Shown: in pieces, positions 1-9,990 of the stretch
Position numbering within the stretch: position 1 is the first letter of the stretch
Layout of the letters: each line of letters starts with the position of its first letter
Sequence record: KT184313.1
Origin: Enterobacteria phage KhF1
DNA: 64,000 nucleotides
Strand: one strand, 5' to 3'
The notes under the pieces: generated by a model
Seen by the model: only the letters and a program-made list of their open reading frames with translations
Database searches by the model: none
Told to the model about the DNA's origin: nothing
Translations under genes and position numbers: made by a program

Positions 1-528
1 ATCTGGATGAATTACATCATAGTTCTTGTCATCTTCATGTTTATCAGATGCTTGAGCTTTGATTTTCTTCATCGGCTGTTTAACAGCTACACGTTTACCA
101 TTTACTTCTTCAATCAGCATTACAGGGAATGACTGTTTAGCTGTCCACACAGCACCATCTTTATAAGCTGCTGCACGACTTACTTTCAAGATGTAGTAAG
201 TGTCTGCTTCAAAAGGTGGTTTACAACCAAACTTCTCTTCGAAGTCGTCTGCATCAACTGCTTCAGTAGTAACTTTATCCCATCCTTCTGGATTTTTCTT
301 AGACTTAGTAAACTCTTTAAACAGTTTGTTACCGTCTTCTGCCAGAATTGATACGCTGTAGTTACAATCTTTTCCTGGGAATTTCTTATCAATAGACTTA
401 CCTTTTCCCGGACGTGGTGAAGTATTCAGGTAATAAAACCAGACATCTTTCAGCAGGTAACGCAGAGTTTGACGTTCAGTACCGTTGTACTTCTCTACCG
501 GAGCTTTCATTTTAACAACTTTAGACAT
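1..528 (-). CDS. hypothetical protein, truncated at window edge (N-terminus MSKVVKMKAPVEKYNG...)
   Basis: Open minus-strand frame from ATG at 526-528 to position 1 with no stop; absent from ORF track because it lacks a stop inside the window. Confidence 0.5.
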   Translation of the reverse strand, partial: MSKVVKMKAPVEKYNGTERQTLRYLLKDVWFYYLNTSPRPGKGKSIDKKFPGKDCNYSVSILAEDGNKLFKEFTKSKKNPEGWDKVTTEAVDADDFEEKFGCKPPFEADTYYILKVSRAAAYKDGAVWTAKQSFPVMLIEEVNGKRVAVKQPMKKIKAQASDKHEDDKNYDVIHPD

Positions 529-601
529 TATTTTAAACCTCTATCTCAATTTATGAAGAGTACCAATTCTAATTTGTTGATACTCTATTGTCAAACATTA
601 A

Positions 602-751
602 TTACTGGAAGTTGTGCTTATCTTTAGAAGCTGCTTTACGTGCAGTTTTTCCAGTTCTTACACGTTTTTCTTCATAGTATTTTGCTGGTTTTCCAACAGT
701 GGCTTTTAAAGAGTCCCCAAAAACTTTTTCAAATGCTTTAGAGTGTTTCAT
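602..751 (-). CDS. small basic protein, 49 aa (MKHSKAFEKVFGDSLKATVGKPAKYYEEKRVRTGKTARKAASKDKHNFQ)
   Basis: Hand-translated minus-strand ORF; ATG overlaps stop of upstream ORF (ATGA coupling); below ORF-track size cutoff. Confidence 0.4.
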   Translation of the reverse strand: MKHSKAFEKVFGDSLKATVGKPAKYYEEKRVRTGKTARKAASKDKHNFQ

Positions 752-1041
752 GATATTCTCCGATATACTTGATATTCAAACACATTTTCTTTCATTATAA
801 ACAGCCAACCAATATTATGTTCAGGTATAGTAATAGTGACTGTGATAATACTGTGATGGAACTTTTCTTCTACCTCAACACCCCCATCACATTTCATGTA
901 GAGCATTCTATAGAACCTATCAATCTTTGTCAAACACTCTTCCTGAAATTTATTTAAACTTTTTTCTTCAAAGAAGGGTGTGAACCCCTCTCTTTTATAA
1001 CTATCACTCAGTTTCAAACGGGCAGTCATCTGCATCCTCAC
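748..1041 (-). CDS. hypothetical protein (true start probably ATG near 1029-1035)
   Basis: ORF track; GAGGA Shine-Dalgarno ahead of internal ATG; overlaps end of primase-helicase gene. Confidence 0.45.
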   Translation of the reverse strand: MRMQMTARLKLSDSYKREGFTPFFEEKSLNKFQEECLTKIDRFYRMLYMKCDGGVEVEEKFHHSIITVTITIPEHNIGWLFIMKENVFEYQVYRRIS

Positions 1042-2989
1042 TTAATACAGGTGGAATCGTTGAGCTTTGACGTTGTTCTTCAGTATAGACTTCACCAGTC
1101 TCACGGTCAAACACTTCATCCTCATAATGAGGCAAAGAGTCATCATAATGGTCTTCAGCTTCACCAATACCAAACTGTTGACGAATATTTTCTGCTGCGC
1201 CATCAATGTCAACACCACATCCAGAAGCTTTAATAAGACGTCCTGTATCTGGATTATACCAAGTATGACCAGCAATACCTGTTGACTTACCATGACGACG
1301 ACACTTAGTTAACTTGATTTTTGTCAAGTTTTTCTTAACTGGGTCTGGGTCAACCTTGTTACGCATTAACAGAATGTTATTCATAGAAATCTGAAAATAC
1401 GCACCAGAACCTTTGATATCCTCTTCAGAGATATCTCCACCTTCAGAGTTAGCTTTCTGACCACCTGCACTCTTACGAACGTGACATACGTTTACCTGCG
1501 CATACTGGTAGCGTTTGCAACGACGCAATAGCTCAGACAAAACTTCTTCTTCATCCGTATCAGAACGTGACAGGGCTAACGTGATAGGGTCAAGAATGAT
1601 AATCTTACAGTCTAAACTGTTAACAAGATAGTCAACAAACTCTAGCAGGTTATCTTGGTCAATTGCCCCTTGATGGTCAACGATATGGATACGACGGCCT
1701 TTAGATAGTTCTGCGTGTGCTCCTTTTAATTCATCCCAATCCCGTTCATCATAAGGAATCTCAGAAATCTGCTTGCTCAGGTGGATTGCACAGAGCATCT
1801 CCATCAACTCTTCATAGGTATCTTCTACAGGAATTACACCGATATTATAATCAGTTTCTTTCCAAGCTGAGTAAATCATCTCACGAGTGTAAGCTGACTT
1901 ACCTACTGAAGATGGTGCTGCAATAGTTGTAATCTCACCTAAACCGTAACCACCATAAGTCAGCCTGTTCAAATCTCCGAAAGATTCTGGGAAAGGAATC
2001 AATGGAATCTGACCACGATTCTTCATTGCCTCAAAACCATCTGCGAAGTTCTTGATACCAGCAGGGCAGTAACGGGGTGCATTGTAGATACGCTGCTTAA
2101 ATCCTTCCAGAACTGTATCTTTTTCTTTATAGAACTTTGTCCACCATTCGTTAAGGTCTTTTACACCTTCTGGATACTGGAATAAACGAACCTTCTCAAT
2201 AGGTAGGATACCAGCAGCCTCTTTAGTGGCTTTAGCACCTGCTTCATCGTTATCAAAGCACAAGTAAATCTCATCAAATGATGTAATGTACTGATAGTTA
2301 TCCTTGATAGACTTGATGTTTGCACCTGATGGAACAGATACGTGACAGTAATTCTTACGACGAGATTTGTCCTTAATCGCAAGAGAAGTCATATAGATTG
2401 CTGTCGCACATTCCATCTCACCTTCCCAGATGAATAGACGGTTACCACCTTCTGGAGCAATCCATGAACCGAACATTGCCAGTTCACCTTTAATGTCTCC
2501 AACACCACCAGAAAAGTCTTTTAACTTACCTCGTAGGTGCTCTTTTGGATGGTCTTCTGGGTAACGGTGACGAACACGATATCCAACATGCTCTAGCTTG
2601 CCATCTTCATTGCGTTTGTAAGTTGGGTAGAAATGCGCGTCAATTTCACCATCACTGTCAATGTCAACCTTGATACCCAAACGCTCAAGAACTTTTGCAG
2701 GAATCTTCCTGTCTTTCAAGTCCATCGCTTCAAGGTTTTCTTTCACATCGTCTAAATCCATTCCACGGAAAGTACGGTTTTTATTGTCTGAACCAGTAGA
2801 ATAAGTGCTCACGATTTGTCCTTTATCAAAATCCCACTCTGGGAAACCTTTGTTACAACTAAAGCAAGTCATTGAATAAGAACCATCGTCATGATGATAG
2901 ATTGAACCAGCATCTGATGAACCACAACGTGGACATGCGCAATGACCAACAAACTGACCAGCCTCTTTCAATTTACGACCTTTAGACAT
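1004..2989 (-). CDS. DNA primase/helicase (T7 gp4-like: zinc-binding domain, Toprim, DnaB-like helicase)
   Basis: N-terminal CPRCGSS...CFSCNKGF zinc ribbon; Toprim motif FDNDEAG; Walker A APSSVGKSAY; start set to ATG at 2989 with GAGGTG SD. Confidence 0.85.
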   Translation of the reverse strand: MSKGRKLKEAGQFVGHCACPRCGSSDAGSIYHHDDGSYSMTCFSCNKGFPEWDFDKGQIVSTYSTGSDNKNRTFRGMDLDDVKENLEAMDLKDRKIPAKVLERLGIKVDIDSDGEIDAHFYPTYKRNEDGKLEHVGYRVRHRYPEDHPKEHLRGKLKDFSGGVGDIKGELAMFGSWIAPEGGNRLFIWEGEMECATAIYMTSLAIKDKSRRKNYCHVSVPSGANIKSIKDNYQYITSFDEIYLCFDNDEAGAKATKEAAGILPIEKVRLFQYPEGVKDLNEWWTKFYKEKDTVLEGFKQRIYNAPRYCPAGIKNFADGFEAMKNRGQIPLIPFPESFGDLNRLTYGGYGLGEITTIAAPSSVGKSAYTREMIYSAWKETDYNIGVIPVEDTYEELMEMLCAIHLSKQISEIPYDERDWDELKGAHAELSKGRRIHIVDHQGAIDQDNLLEFVDYLVNSLDCKIIILDPITLALSRSDTDEEEVLSELLRRCKRYQYAQVNVCHVRKSAGGQKANSEGGDISEEDIKGSGAYFQISMNNILLMRNKVDPDPVKKNLTKIKLTKCRRHGKSTGIAGHTWYNPDTGRLIKASGCGVDIDGAAENIRQQFGIGEAEDHYDDSLPHYEDEVFDRETGEVYTEEQRQSSTIPPVLSEDADDCPFETE

Positions 2990-3182
2990 TAGCACCTCTT
3001 CGTTGTAGTTCTTCCTTCAATCCATTTTCAATCTTGTCCAGTTCATGAATTTCATCTGCAATCTCTTTCCTTCGTGATTCAACTCTCTTAAGACGTTCAA
3101 TCATTACCTCATTGGAAAGAGATGAGAGTTCCACTAAACGGTGGTCAATAACTTTAAAATTGTCTTTTACTCTCATCTTCAT
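2982..3182 (-). CDS. hypothetical small coiled-coil protein
   Basis: ORF track; charged, helical-looking sequence; compact operon spacing. Confidence 0.4.
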   Translation of the reverse strand: MKMRVKDNFKVIDHRLVELSSLSNEVMIERLKRVESRRKEIADEIHELDKIENGLKEELQRRGANV

Positions 3183-3190
3183 TCTCTCTT

Positions 3191-3934
3191 TTAAACTTTA
3201 ATGATGGCTCTTAGCTTGTTCTCAAGGTCTGCAAGAGTACCATTATTATGAATAATGTCACGCTCATATTTTGTAGAAATCCCATTTTCTGAAACATGTG
3301 ATGAAACTTTGTCCACATTGTCTCTTTTTACTTCAATAGTTTGGTGTGCAAATCTACTCAGCCATTCAGCTTCAGAGTCAAATCTTAAATCACTGATTAA
3401 GACAAAACCATATTGGTTTCTAAGTGAGCACATTTCATGGAATCTAACCATTCTTTTTTCAAGGTCTTTAGACCAGAACTTGTCGCCCATTACTTTACGG
3501 ACAACTTCAGTACCCCAAACCTGTTGAATTTGTCTTGATGAGAATTTATACTTTTTACTAAACCCCAGACGTGTTAATAGGGTAGGTTTAGCAACCTTCT
3601 TAAGTTCCATGATTAAGCGTCCTGTCAATTCTGACATAAGTTTAAAGTCCATATGGTAACGTTCATCTCTGAAGGTGAACTCCATAGCTTCCGTAACTTT
3701 AAACATCAGTTCAGAGTATGATAAGTCAAAAACCTGTGGAGTCTCTTTAGTTTCACCGTACAGGTCATTCCAAGTCAAGTCAAATATCTTTGATGCAGAT
3801 AGTTTAAGGTTGTCTGCAAAGGCCATTACAGCAACATTGTAGCCATACTCATCCTCTAAGATGTTCTTCACAATAGAACATGAGGTGTCTTTTCCAGAAC
3901 GTGCCTTTCCAGTAAATGCGATAATATTACTCAT
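3191..3934 (-). CDS. P-loop kinase, putative deoxynucleoside monophosphate kinase
   Basis: N-terminal Walker A AFTGKARSGKDT; strong SD AAGGGAGA before ATG; location in nucleotide-metabolism context. Confidence 0.55.
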   Translation of the reverse strand: MSNIIAFTGKARSGKDTSCSIVKNILEDEYGYNVAVMAFADNLKLSASKIFDLTWNDLYGETKETPQVFDLSYSELMFKVTEAMEFTFRDERYHMDFKLMSELTGRLIMELKKVAKPTLLTRLGFSKKYKFSSRQIQQVWGTEVVRKVMGDKFWSKDLEKRMVRFHEMCSLRNQYGFVLISDLRFDSEAEWLSRFAHQTIEVKRDNVDKVSSHVSENGISTKYERDIIHNNGTLADLENKLRAIIKV

Positions 3935-3995
3935 TTTATCTCCCTTAATTACTAAAAAGCCCCCAACTAAGGAGGCTTGTAAGATTTATAAAGAC

Positions 3996-4796
3996 TTAGT
4001 GCAGTTGCTCAGCAGACTCTTTTTCAGCCATAGCTGAGATTTGCTTCACAAAATCATCACCGAAGTTAATGCGTAGTTTCTCTTCAATGATTGAAGCACC
4101 AATATTCACCAAAACATCATTGATTGCTTGCATACTAACGCCACCAGTCATTTCCTCAATGAACTCAATACTCACACCCATCATCTGTGACAGTTGGATT
4201 AGTGCAACGATATTCATCATCGTAGAGATAGCTGGAATCATCAGTGCAACTTTCACCTGAAGTGGTTCAATGTCAGCTACAGAGTCATTTTCAACAGCTT
4301 CTTCCAAAGACTCTTTAGTTTGCTGGATAATCTCTTTGATTCGTGGGTTTAATTCTTCTACGCCCCAATCAAGTTTTTCATATCGTGAAAGTTTCTCTTC
4401 CATACGCTTCTCAAGAACAGCCATAACAGCACTCGTTGATGAGATAAGCGTATCAATAATGAAATCAGTGTCCTTAGTCAGCAACAGTTCCTTATCTTCG
4501 TCTGACATCCTGATATAGTCATTCTTTTGCATTTCATAAAAAATGAACTCAGCAAGTGCATCAACACCAACCGCAATAGATGCCAGAGCAAGTGTAGTGT
4601 CTGTTAACATCATGTTGACCTGTTCTGCAAAAGCACCGTTATCAGACTTGTCTTCAGGCAAGTTATAGCTTGCAGGCATAAACTGTTCTGTGTAGTTGTT
4701 ACCACGAAGAATCATAGCCATGCTTTCTACGGCATTGATTAAAAATGCTTCGTCAATACCTTTTTCTTCAAGCATCTTTTCTACATCGGTATTCAT
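3996..4796 (-). CDS. hypothetical acidic protein
   Basis: ORF track, 266 aa, Asp/Glu-rich; rho-independent terminator downstream. Confidence 0.5.
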   Translation of the reverse strand: MNTDVEKMLEEKGIDEAFLINAVESMAMILRGNNYTEQFMPASYNLPEDKSDNGAFAEQVNMMLTDTTLALASIAVGVDALAEFIFYEMQKNDYIRMSDEDKELLLTKDTDFIIDTLISSTSAVMAVLEKRMEEKLSRYEKLDWGVEELNPRIKEIIQQTKESLEEAVENDSVADIEPLQVKVALMIPAISTMMNIVALIQLSQMMGVSIEFIEEMTGGVSMQAINDVLVNIGASIIEEKLRINFGDDFVKQISAMAEKESAEQLH

Positions 4797-4797
4797 A

Positions 4798-5220
4798 TTA
4801 TTTCTCTCTCAGTTGGTTAAGTTTCTTTCTAGAACATTTTAAGTTTTCGGATGAAGAAAAGTCAAGTGTCTTTTCAGAACGTGGATAATAGTGTCTATCC
4901 CAAGAAGTTTCAACATCGTTAATCAGTGACGCTAGATTACACAGGTCTGTACCACTTTGCAATCTCTTTTTAAGAGAATCTAGTAAAGCAACTGTGTCTT
5001 TAGCTTTACGTCTCGCTGTAGCAACATCTTTCATATGCTCAAATACAGAGCATTTTAAGTCATCTTCATAGTTTTCAGACAACTCTATTTCATGTTGTAT
5101 ATCAACCATTCTCCTGTGATGGTGAGCATATTCCCGTTGAGCAGCAATGTCAAGTTCTTCCAACTTCTGCAAAGCTCTAACAAAGTCAGCTATGTCTGGG
5201 TGAACAAACATTTTCTGCAT
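4798..5220 (-). CDS. hypothetical protein
   Basis: ORF track, 140 aa; first gene of minus-strand operon diverging from the polymerase gene. Confidence 0.5.
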   Translation of the reverse strand: MQKMFVHPDIADFVRALQKLEELDIAAQREYAHHHRRMVDIQHEIELSENYEDDLKCSVFEHMKDVATARRKAKDTVALLDSLKKRLQSGTDLCNLASLINDVETSWDRHYYPRSEKTLDFSSSENLKCSRKKLNQLREK

Positions 5221-5477
5221 GTAAGCCTCTTTTAAGTAACTATTAAGTTTTAATCTTTTATCTTAACGTATTCTATACGTTATACTTTAAAGCTTTTTAA
5301 AAGCTATTAAATAATCTTTTAAGAATTTTAAAGTATCTGTATAGTTAAACTGTTAAGTAACCTTTTAAGTAAAAACCCACTTCGCAAAGATTAACACCTT
5401 GTCAAGTGCATTGTCAACTTGCTTTTTATAATTTTTTGCAGTAATGTATGAGGTTAATGATTTTAGAGGGAGTAAAA

Positions 5478-8177
5478 ATGGAAAACGTAGATTTTAAAAA
5501 CTTACATTTAGTTGGTGATACAGAAACTGATGGTTTACTCCTTGAGTTCACTAAAGTGCACGTAATGGCCTTTGCAGACTATAAATCTGACGATGAAGAG
5601 CCACCTGTATGGGTCTTTACAGATGAACCTATTCTCGGTCACAAGTACACCAAGTACATCAAGGGTGGCTTACGTGAAGGTATTGAGTTTGCGTTAAAGG
5701 CAAAACGTCTTTGCATCCATAATGGTCTCGGTTATGACTGGTGGGTTTTCAATCACATTGCACCTGATTTATGGAACTTTGATAATCCAAAGTGTAAACC
5801 GTGGAGTAATTTCTTTCAGGATTCTCTTATCCAGTCTCGTGTTCAGTGGATGGATAGACCAACTCCAAAGGGTTATAAAGGTGCTCATGGTTTGGCTGCA
5901 TGGGGTGCTCGTGTTGGTGTTCGTAAACCAGAGATTGAACACTGGGGTGTGTGGAATGCAGAAATCTTCACTCGTGTTGTAGAAGATATCCGTATTAACG
6001 CCAAAACTAAACGGGCACTTGATAACGAGTATCTCAAGCTTAAGAAGTGTGGCATAGACACTTATGAAACTTACATGAGAGCTAAAGAGACATCTTTCTG
6101 GATGAGCCAACAAGCTATCAATGGTTGGAAAGCTGATAAAGAGCTTATGGAGTTTCATGTAAAGGAACTTGACAAGTTGACTAATGAGCTTGCTTCAGAG
6201 GTTGAACCACATCTACCTCCAACTATTAAGACCAAAGGTAAAGTCACTGGAGAAGAGTTTGCAAAAGCTTGGAATGAGTATGTTGAAGCATTTGGTCATG
6301 CAGATGGACTGAAAAGAATTACCAAGTACCCTAAGACGAAGTATCGTCAGCAGGTTCGTAATGGTGAGATGCAGACTTACGCTATCAAACCTTTTGGTAA
6401 ACCAACTACCAAGATTTTCAACATTGAGAAGCGGAACTGCTACACTCCAACTAACACAGTTACTGGAGAAGAGTACAAAGAAGGCTTTGTAGCAATGAAG
6501 GATGCTCGTGCAATTTGCAATGAGTTGAATGCAAAGATTGGTAAGAAATGCAAAGACTGGAAGCCAGTAAAAACAGTCAAAACTGTGAAGTACTATAACA
6601 GCCACGTTGTTAACCACTTTGAACTTGAGTCAAGTCGCTACACAGGATTGATTGATGCACCATATACACCAATTGAGTTTGAAGTTTCTCGTATGACTCA
6701 GGTAGCAGTTGTAAAAGACTACTTGAAATCAGTTGGTTGGATTCCAGATGACTGGAACTACAAGAAAGACTCAGACGGTCGCCCTGTCAAAGTTTGTCGT
6801 TTCAAAGACAATAAAAAGATGATTACAAAACATCCTAAGTGGCAGGAGATGGTAGAACGGTGTGGATTGAGTTATGTCGAGCATGAAGGCGTCCAGTACA
6901 TCGAGCATAACTGGTCTGTGAAGAAGTACACAGATTTGCTTGAACCTTGCTTAATCCGTACTTCACCAAAACTTACGGAATCATCTTATGATACGATTGA
7001 AGGTGAGCTTGGACAGAAGATTGCTAAGTACTATACTTTGATGCACAGACGCAGAACTATTGAGAACTCAAAGGATGATGAAAAAGGTTGGTTGAACCAG
7101 ATTCGTCCTGATGGTCGCCTTAGTGCTGGCGCAATGGTGTTTGGTACTTCAACTGGACGTATGACACAATATGGTATTGTAAACGTACCGTCTGGTGCTG
7201 CTGTCTATGGGGAACCAATGAGGGCAGTGTGGATTTGTGAGGAAGGTACTAACGTTGTCTCTGTAGATATGAACTCAGCCCAGCTAGTTCTTCTTTGTAA
7301 CTTTATGGGTGATAAAGAGTTCACCAAAGCGGTAACGCAAGGTAAAGAAGAGATTGAGTTTATTCGTCAAGAAGATGGACGCTATTACTGCAAACATTTT
7401 GATGAGTACCTCAACCCAGAGATTGATAAGTACCTTCGCTATGACTCTGAGAATGACCTGTACGTTGTCTATTCAGGGACTGATGCACATACACTGAACA
7501 GTATTTACTTTAGCTTGAATGATGAGCAGGACATCTTGACTTGTCGAGCTACTCAGGATGAGAATCTTCTTCATGAGATTAGTAAAGGTCGTAAGAAAGC
7601 TAAGAATGGTATCTATGCACTGCTGTTCGGTGCAGGGGATGAGAAGTTTGCTAAGACGATTAAAGCTGCAACTACTCAGGAAGGTGCACTGACTAAACAA
7701 ACTTACTTTATTCGTTTGCCTAAAATTAAGAAGCTACTAGATGACTTGGAAGCTGACTACAAAGCAACTAAAAAGGCACTTGAAGAGGTGTTTGGTAAGA
7801 CTGCTGCAATCTCTAAAGGGGGTTTTGTAAAGGTTGCTGGAGCTTGGTTGTGGTGTAAATCTCCACACAAACTGTTGAACTACCTTTTGATGGGTTCAGA
7901 GGCCCAGATTCAAAATGAGGCAATTAACCTTGCTTGTCGTCGCATGATTGACGAAGGGTTGATGAAGCTAAATGGGCGTAAACCAGCTATAGGTGCTCGC
8001 TTATTGTGCGCATATCACGATGAGACTAGCTGGGAATGTCCAGAGAGTATGACGGCAGAAGTAAAAGCAGTTACTGATTGGTATTACGGGCAAGCTTCTA
8101 AGAACTTAGGTCTTAAGAAAGAAACACTTGTAACTGGTACAGGTAAGGTTGGAAAGAGTTGGCTTGAGGTTCACTGA
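5478..8177 (+). CDS. DNA polymerase, family A, with 3'-5' exonuclease domain
   Basis: Exo motif VGDTETDGL; Pol A motif B RKKAKNGIYALLFGAG; motif C YHDE; start set to ATG at 5478 after GAGGGAG SD. Confidence 0.9.
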   Translation: MENVDFKNLHLVGDTETDGLLLEFTKVHVMAFADYKSDDEEPPVWVFTDEPILGHKYTKYIKGGLREGIEFALKAKRLCIHNGLGYDWWVFNHIAPDLWNFDNPKCKPWSNFFQDSLIQSRVQWMDRPTPKGYKGAHGLAAWGARVGVRKPEIEHWGVWNAEIFTRVVEDIRINAKTKRALDNEYLKLKKCGIDTYETYMRAKETSFWMSQQAINGWKADKELMEFHVKELDKLTNELASEVEPHLPPTIKTKGKVTGEEFAKAWNEYVEAFGHADGLKRITKYPKTKYRQQVRNGEMQTYAIKPFGKPTTKIFNIEKRNCYTPTNTVTGEEYKEGFVAMKDARAICNELNAKIGKKCKDWKPVKTVKTVKYYNSHVVNHFELESSRYTGLIDAPYTPIEFEVSRMTQVAVVKDYLKSVGWIPDDWNYKKDSDGRPVKVCRFKDNKKMITKHPKWQEMVERCGLSYVEHEGVQYIEHNWSVKKYTDLLEPCLIRTSPKLTESSYDTIEGELGQKIAKYYTLMHRRRTIENSKDDEKGWLNQIRPDGRLSAGAMVFGTSTGRMTQYGIVNVPSGAAVYGEPMRAVWICEEGTNVVSVDMNSAQLVLLCNFMGDKEFTKAVTQGKEEIEFIRQEDGRYYCKHFDEYLNPEIDKYLRYDSENDLYVVYSGTDAHTLNSIYFSLNDEQDILTCRATQDENLLHEISKGRKKAKNGIYALLFGAGDEKFAKTIKAATTQEGALTKQTYFIRLPKIKKLLDDLEADYKATKKALEEVFGKTAAISKGGFVKVAGAWLWCKSPHKLLNYLLMGSEAQIQNEAINLACRRMIDEGLMKLNGRKPAIGARLLCAYHDETSWECPESMTAEVKAVTDWYYGQASKNLGLKKETLVTGTGKVGKSWLEVH

Positions 8178-8238
8178 TTAGTATTGACAAGGTTCTCATG
8201 GAAGAGTACCTTATACTGTATCTTATATAGGAGGGCTT

Positions 8239-8448
8239 ATGAGCCACCGTGGAAGAACTCATGCAGCAATGATGAAAGGTGCTTCAAAGGAGACTATCAA
8301 GAATCGTAAGCAAAAGTTGTTTGAGAGAATGAACAGACTCATTGATAACACTCCCCTGTCTGGTGGTGAGAAAGTTTTCCTTAAAAGTAACCTTAAAAGC
8401 ATTGCACAAGAACTTATAGACATTGAATATTGGAGATATCAAAAATGA
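8239..8448 (+). CDS. hypothetical protein
   Basis: ORF track, 69 aa. Confidence 0.4.
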   Translation: MSHRGRTHAAMMKGASKETIKNRKQKLFERMNRLIDNTPLSGGEKVFLKSNLKSIAQELIDIEYWRYQK

Positions 8449-8663
8449 CACTTGCAGACGTTATTCAGCAACTTCATGATAACTGCTATACTCCAGAGCT
8501 GATTCAGGAGATGTGCATTGTAGTCATGCCTAGTAGGTTCGTAAAAACCTTTAACAGTGACACTTTAAGGTCTGCACACATTCTTATTGTTGAAGGTAAG
8601 ATTGCAAAAGACCGTACTGGAGTACTCAAAGGTGAACGTATTGATATTCTGGAGTTGCTATGA
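8445..8663 (+). CDS. hypothetical protein
   Basis: ORF track; start moved to ATG at 8445 overlapping previous stop. Confidence 0.4.
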   Translation: MTLADVIQQLHDNCYTPELIQEMCIVVMPSRFVKTFNSDTLRSAHILIVEGKIAKDRTGVLKGERIDILELL

Positions 8664-8795
8664 AGAAAATGTACAGTCTCTGGGGGAGGGTTGGTAAAGG
8701 TTTTGACTGGACACTTCTTCGTTCAAACGTTAAACGTAGTGAATTACCAGAACTCATCACTCACTATTTAAAAACATACAGAGAGGTAGATTATC

Positions 8796-9056
8796 GTGAA
8801 CAATAAGGTTAAGAGTTGTGTGAAAGCAATGGTTGCACTTGGAGTAATTTTTCTGGCTGGCTGTAACCCATCTTATGAAAACAAAGATGCCTCTTACAGC
8901 CTCCCTCCAGAGATGCAAGACTGCAAAATCTACAAACTCAATGGGGATGCTATAAGCAGGGATATTGTTGTTGTCAGATGCCCAAACTCTCAAACAACAA
9001 CATCTTATAGATATGGCAAAAATGGTCAATCACACACTACTGTTATTGATGGATGA
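8796..9056 (+). CDS. putative lipoprotein
   Basis: Signal peptide with lipobox-like LAGC (MVALGVIFLAGCNPS). Confidence 0.5.
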   Translation: MNNKVKSCVKAMVALGVIFLAGCNPSYENKDASYSLPPEMQDCKIYKLNGDAISRDIVVVRCPNSQTTTSYRYGKNGQSHTTVIDG

Positions 9057-9063
9057 GACTAAT

Positions 9064-9270
9064 ATGCAAGTTTTAGTACACTATATCTACTGCTACGATG
9101 TTGTTTATTCCACTGCAACCGTGGCCCAACGTAACCCAATCGTACCGCGAGAAGGTGAATTGGTTCGCATTGAGGGTTGGACTTACACTGTGGAAAACAT
9201 CATTCATAAGTTTGATGTTGCTGGTGATGTTCAAGTTATTGACGTAGAGATTGTTGGTAAGAGAAAATGA
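9064..9270 (+). CDS. hypothetical protein
   Basis: ORF track; start moved to first ATG after upstream stop. Confidence 0.4.
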   Translation: MQVLVHYIYCYDVVYSTATVAQRNPIVPREGELVRIEGWTYTVENIIHKFDVAGDVQVIDVEIVGKRK

Positions 9271-9458
9271 ACAAAGAAGATAAGCATAAAAATGCTGTAC
9301 GGACTCCTGATGGAAAGGTTCAATCCTTCATCCTGACAGTTGGTGGAAAGCCGTTTCGTTGCCACTGCGGAGCAAACTGTTTTCATAAACCAGATAAAAA
9401 TGACTTAGAGCTTTACGCATGTAATGCTTGCAATACTTGGTATCACTCAGAGGATTGA
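9267..9458 (+). CDS. small zinc-finger-like protein
   Basis: CHCGANCFHK...CNACNTWYH cysteine/histidine cluster. Confidence 0.4.
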   Translation: MNKEDKHKNAVRTPDGKVQSFILTVGGKPFRCHCGANCFHKPDKNDLELYACNACNTWYHSED

Positions 9459-9460
9459 TT

Positions 9461-9985
9461 ATGATTGACAATAGGCGCAGAAATATAATCATCAAAAACT
9501 TCCGCGAAGTGTCTCAAAATTTAAGGCTAGATGATGTCAGACTTAGGAAATCTTGGTATGACATGAAGGTATTAGAATATTCTAAAAATCAGCCAATTAA
9601 GTTATCTATCTTAGAACATTGGTATACAAACTTTGCAACACCTGAAAATCATAATAAATTATACAAAAACTATGTAGATGTTTGTAAAAAGCTTGGTGTA
9701 GCAATAGTCGACGACAGTATTGGATTGCTTTATGACCTGTACACAAGGTTCTCTGAATATGCTTTTAATGTTCAGTTCAAGAACTACTTAAAGTATGATG
9801 ATGGTTCATTAAAGTTGTACAACTATGGTTATGGAAAACTAGCCTGCAAACAAGATGATGGTTCTTTTATAGACTTCTACACAGGGGTTTTTGTGTACTT
9901 ACCTGAACAGTGTATGTCACTATCTGATTTAGCAGTCTCACAATTTGGTATCTTTATTCCAGTAAAATCACACATGCTAAGGTAA
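9461..9985 (+). CDS. hypothetical protein
   Basis: ORF track; start moved to ATG at 9461. Confidence 0.45.
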   Translation: MIDNRRRNIIIKNFREVSQNLRLDDVRLRKSWYDMKVLEYSKNQPIKLSILEHWYTNFATPENHNKLYKNYVDVCKKLGVAIVDDSIGLLYDLYTRFSEYAFNVQFKNYLKYDDGSLKLYNYGYGKLACKQDDGSFIDFYTGVFVYLPEQCMSLSDLAVSQFGIFIPVKSHMLR

Positions 9986-9990
9986 TTTGA

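Noticed and set aside
186-392. 68-aa minus-strand ORF from the track
   Set aside because: Lies in an alternative frame inside the longer edge-truncated gene at 1..528.
2990-2995. GTG start of primase-helicase at 2995 as given by the track
   Set aside because: ATG at 2989 follows a GAGGTG Shine-Dalgarno and is the more plausible initiation codon.
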